Origin: a virus
Lineage: Duplodnaviria > Caudoviricetes
Virus record (IMG/VR): IMGVR_UViG_3300032007_000061
Coordinates: 1 to 64,000 of that record
Strand: one strand, 5' to 3'
DNA: 64,000 bases
The notes under the pieces were generated by a model, which saw only the letters and a program-made list of their open reading frames with translations, was not told the DNA's origin and did no database searches. The stretch's first letter is position 1. Each line of letters begins with the position of its first letter. Made by a program: the position numbers and the translations under genes. Of the stretch, positions 61,974 to 64,000 are shown piece by piece.

Positions 61974-62557
61974 ATTTCTATCGAATTGAATACGCTGCCT
62001 ATCTCATTACTTCTCAGTCCGATGTAAATCTTCGTTGTCTGGATAGACTGGTGTTTGAATATCTGGTTGAGGATGACCAGTGATTCCTCAGTGCGCCCCA
62101 TCTTGTTATACACATATCGCCCGAAAGTCTTTCGAAATGTATGGCTGCTGAAATTGCCGACCTTGATATTGTACTTTTCTTTCAGCCCTTTCAGCATACG
62201 GTCAATGTATTGGCGCGTATAGATTTTATTTGTTCTATTATTTATAAATATGTACCTGTGCGCATTAGGCTTTTTCATTTTCTTGTATAGTTCAGCCAAA
62301 TGCTCTGATGTGTTGGAGCCGATAGGTATGGTTTTCACCTTACCAGTCTTTTTCTCCTGAACGGTTATTTCACGTCTATCAAGCACCTCACTCCATGTCA
62401 GCTTCAATACGTCACTGATTCGTAGTGCGAGACAGAATGAAAGGATGCAGTAAGTACACCATAGGTATTTACCATCATCTTCTAAACTCTTCACCAGCCT
62501 TTGATACTCTTCAAATGGCAGGTAGTCTGATGTTGTAATGGAACCTCGTAAACTCAT
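61970..62557 (-). CDS. XerC/D-like tyrosine recombinase (catalytic domain only)
   Basis: ALRISD, EKKTGK, SHTFRKT and KHQSIQTTKIY: full R-K-H-R-H-Y set in 195 aa. Confidence 0.9.
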   Translation of the reverse strand: MSLRGSITTSDYLPFEEYQRLVKSLEDDGKYLWCTYCILSFCLALRISDVLKLTWSEVLDRREITVQEKKTGKVKTIPIGSNTSEHLAELYKKMKKPNAHRYIFINNRTNKIYTRQYIDRMLKGLKEKYNIKVGNFSSHTFRKTFGRYVYNKMGRTEESLVILNQIFKHQSIQTTKIYIGLRSNEIGSVFNSIEI

Positions 62558-62580
62558 ATTATTTGATTTTGATTCGGCTG

Positions 62581-62588
62581 CAAAGGTA
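62581..62588 (-). promoter_or_regulatory. Bacteroidetes -7 element (TACCTTTG) for recombinase operon
   Basis: TAnnTTTG 24 nt before the ATG. Confidence 0.68.
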
Positions 62589-62701
62589 GGAAAAATATTT
62601 TAGAATTTGATAACATTTTGCATAAAAGTTTGGTTAAATATTGTGAACGATATTATAAACCATTGAGAACGTGACAGTTAAATATTTCCTAAAATACTAA
62701 C

Positions 62702-62732
62702 AAAAAGTAACGGGCAGCCAGAAAGCCACCCG
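62702..62732 (-). terminator. terminator after dut
   Basis: CGGGTGGC-TTTCTG-GCTGCCCG then TTACTTTTT. Confidence 0.68.
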
Positions 62733-62765
62733 AAACCTAACACATCGAATATGGGAATGATTGTA

Positions 62766-63209
62766 TTACTTGACACCAGAGTGTCCGAATCCTTGCTCTC
62801 CACGTTCTGATTCATCCAGTGTTTCAACCTCAATCAGTTCAGCCGTTTCGTGCTTTGCGATAACCAGCTGTGCGATACGGTCATTAGGTTCGATGAAGAA
62901 CGTCTCATTGGAGAGATTGATGAGCAGTGCACCGATTTCGTTTCTAAAACCGCTGTCTATTGTGCCTGGAGCATTGAGAACGGTGATACCATGTTTTAGT
63001 GCAAGTCCACTGCGAGGTCTTACTTGTGCCTCATAACCGATTGGCAGCTGAATCTTAATGCCAGTAGGAATCAGCTTGCGCTCCATTGGCTGTAACACTA
63101 CTTGCTCACTGATGTTTGCTCTCAGGTCCATTCCAGCGTCTGTAGGAGTTGTGTAGGCTGGAAGTGGATTGTTTGATACGTTGATTACTTTAACTTTGAT
63201 TTTTTCCAT
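62766..63209 (-). CDS. dut: trimeric dUTPase
   Basis: [25 protein letters not shown] and [10 protein letters not shown] motifs. Confidence 0.95.
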   Translation of the reverse strand: MEKIKVKVINVSNNPLPAYTTPTDAGMDLRANISEQVVLQPMERKLIPTGIKIQLPIGYEAQVRPRSGLALKHGITVLNAPGTIDSGFRNEIGALLINLSNETFFIEPNDRIAQLVIAKHETAELIEVETLDESERGEQGFGHSGVK

Positions 63210-63601
63210 TGTTTACTATGTCTTGCTGTTAATACTTGGAATCTGTTCTTATATTGGCTTTCAAGAATCACCTCATCTTTCTTCATGTTCCTGGTTGCAT
63301 AGATATGACGATCAAAACCCATCTGCTTGTCAAAATCCAATAATGTGAGCGCGTTCAAATCATCTACGTCTATGATATAGTCCTCTGGCACTTCACGAAA
63401 ATAGAAGCCTTTGGACGAAATCATCTGACCATTGCAGCAGCGTAGGAGAATCTGGTGCTTTGAGCCGGTTATCTTTTCAGCAGCACTATACGACTGGAAG
63501 ATGCCAACCAGCTTCAATGAGCGGTCAAATGCCAGTACCCTGAGAGGGTTTCTGAATCTTTCTGCCAACTTAACTTGTTTCATTAGCGTTTCGTGTATCA
63601 A
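63185..63601 (-). CDS. NUMOD1-like DNA-binding protein
   Basis: [16 protein letters not shown]...ILRCCNG...KGFYFR. Confidence 0.6.
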   Translation of the reverse strand: MIHETLMKQVKLAERFRNPLRVLAFDRSLKLVGIFQSYSAAEKITGSKHQILLRCCNGQMISSKGFYFREVPEDYIIDVDDLNALTLLDFDKQMGFDRHIYATRNMKKDEVILESQYKNRFQVLTARHSKQWKKSKLK

Positions 63602-64000
63602 TTATTTCTTGTAGGACCTCATTTGGAACCCTTGTTGCTGCAAGTGTGGCCACCAGTCCATCACTGATTGCAATTCCATTTTCCATCAGTTCCCATATCA
63701 TCTGATTGAAGTATGCGAAAACGTCTGGATTGGAGAACTGCAGAAACAGGATTGCGAGGTCTTTGTGCATTAGTATATGGCCGTCTGTATTCAAGTAGAA
63801 CAACTCTCTTTCATCCAGTTCAAGCCTTGTTACCAGAGCCGATATGAACACTTTGCATATCCTGCTGAATATCTTGTAGTCAATAGGCTCCAGCTTTTCC
63901 TCTTCATAATAGCATGTCGCGTCGAATACAGACTGGCCGTTTGCGAGGCTTCCGAACTTTAATGACGGGAAGTCGGCAATCTCTGTTTTCTCACATTCCA
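63570..64000 (-). CDS. KilA-N/APSES-like protein (5' end beyond window)
   Basis: Frame stays open to the window edge (..ADFPSLKFG..VFDAT..); MHKDLAILFLQFSNP...ELMENGIAISD. Confidence 0.6.
   Translation of the reverse strand, partial: ECEKTEIADFPSLKFGSLANGQSVFDATCYYEEEKLEPIDYKIFSRICKVFISALVTRLELDERELFYLNTDGHILMHKDLAILFLQFSNPDVFAYFNQMIWELMENGIAISDGLVATLAATRVPNEVLQEIIDTRNANETS

Noticed and set aside
1-64000. Stop-codon reassignment, DGR or IS elements
   Set aside because: Genes read full length in code 11 with TAG used as stop; no reverse transcriptase, TR/VR pair or transposase seen

Overview
A 64-kb segment of a large temperate Bacteroidales (Prevotella-like) phage or phage-plasmid. It uses the standard genetic code, has TAnnTTTG -7 promoters and mostly lacks Shine-Dalgarno sites. 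The + arm (1-21 kb) carries a replication module: Rad50/SbcC-like ATPase, RuvC-like resolvase, sigma factor, DnaB, primase, a fragmented DnaE, Gmk and a DnaQ-like exonuclease. It is followed by TerS-like, lysis, TerL and head-tail-adaptor genes. An attP-like site containing a chimeric tRNA-Ser(CGA) precedes a tyrosine integrase. A convergent 31-kb minus-strand array (23.3-54.5 kb) holds an initiator-like tRNA, MazG-like, ACP, RNase H and ThyX genes, an AT-rich moron, and many small acidic, ArdA-, PcfJ/PcfK- and DUF4120-like genes, headed by structured RNA-like leaders. A 1.7-kb non-coding zone, an iteron-like array next to two wHTH genes, a second tyrosine recombinase, dUTPase and a KilA-N-like gene close the window. 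The most notable items are: (1) DnaE encoded as three translationally coupled pieces around an HNH gene, joined by what looks like a non-splicing split-intein fossil; (2) a dispersed 20-bp sense-oriented regulatory box; (3) a pseudoknotted, T-loop-bearing leader at the head of the putative anti-defence array; (4) the attP/tRNA architecture. Family assignments come from motif recognition, not database searches. No CRISPR array, IS element or reverse transcriptase was seen.
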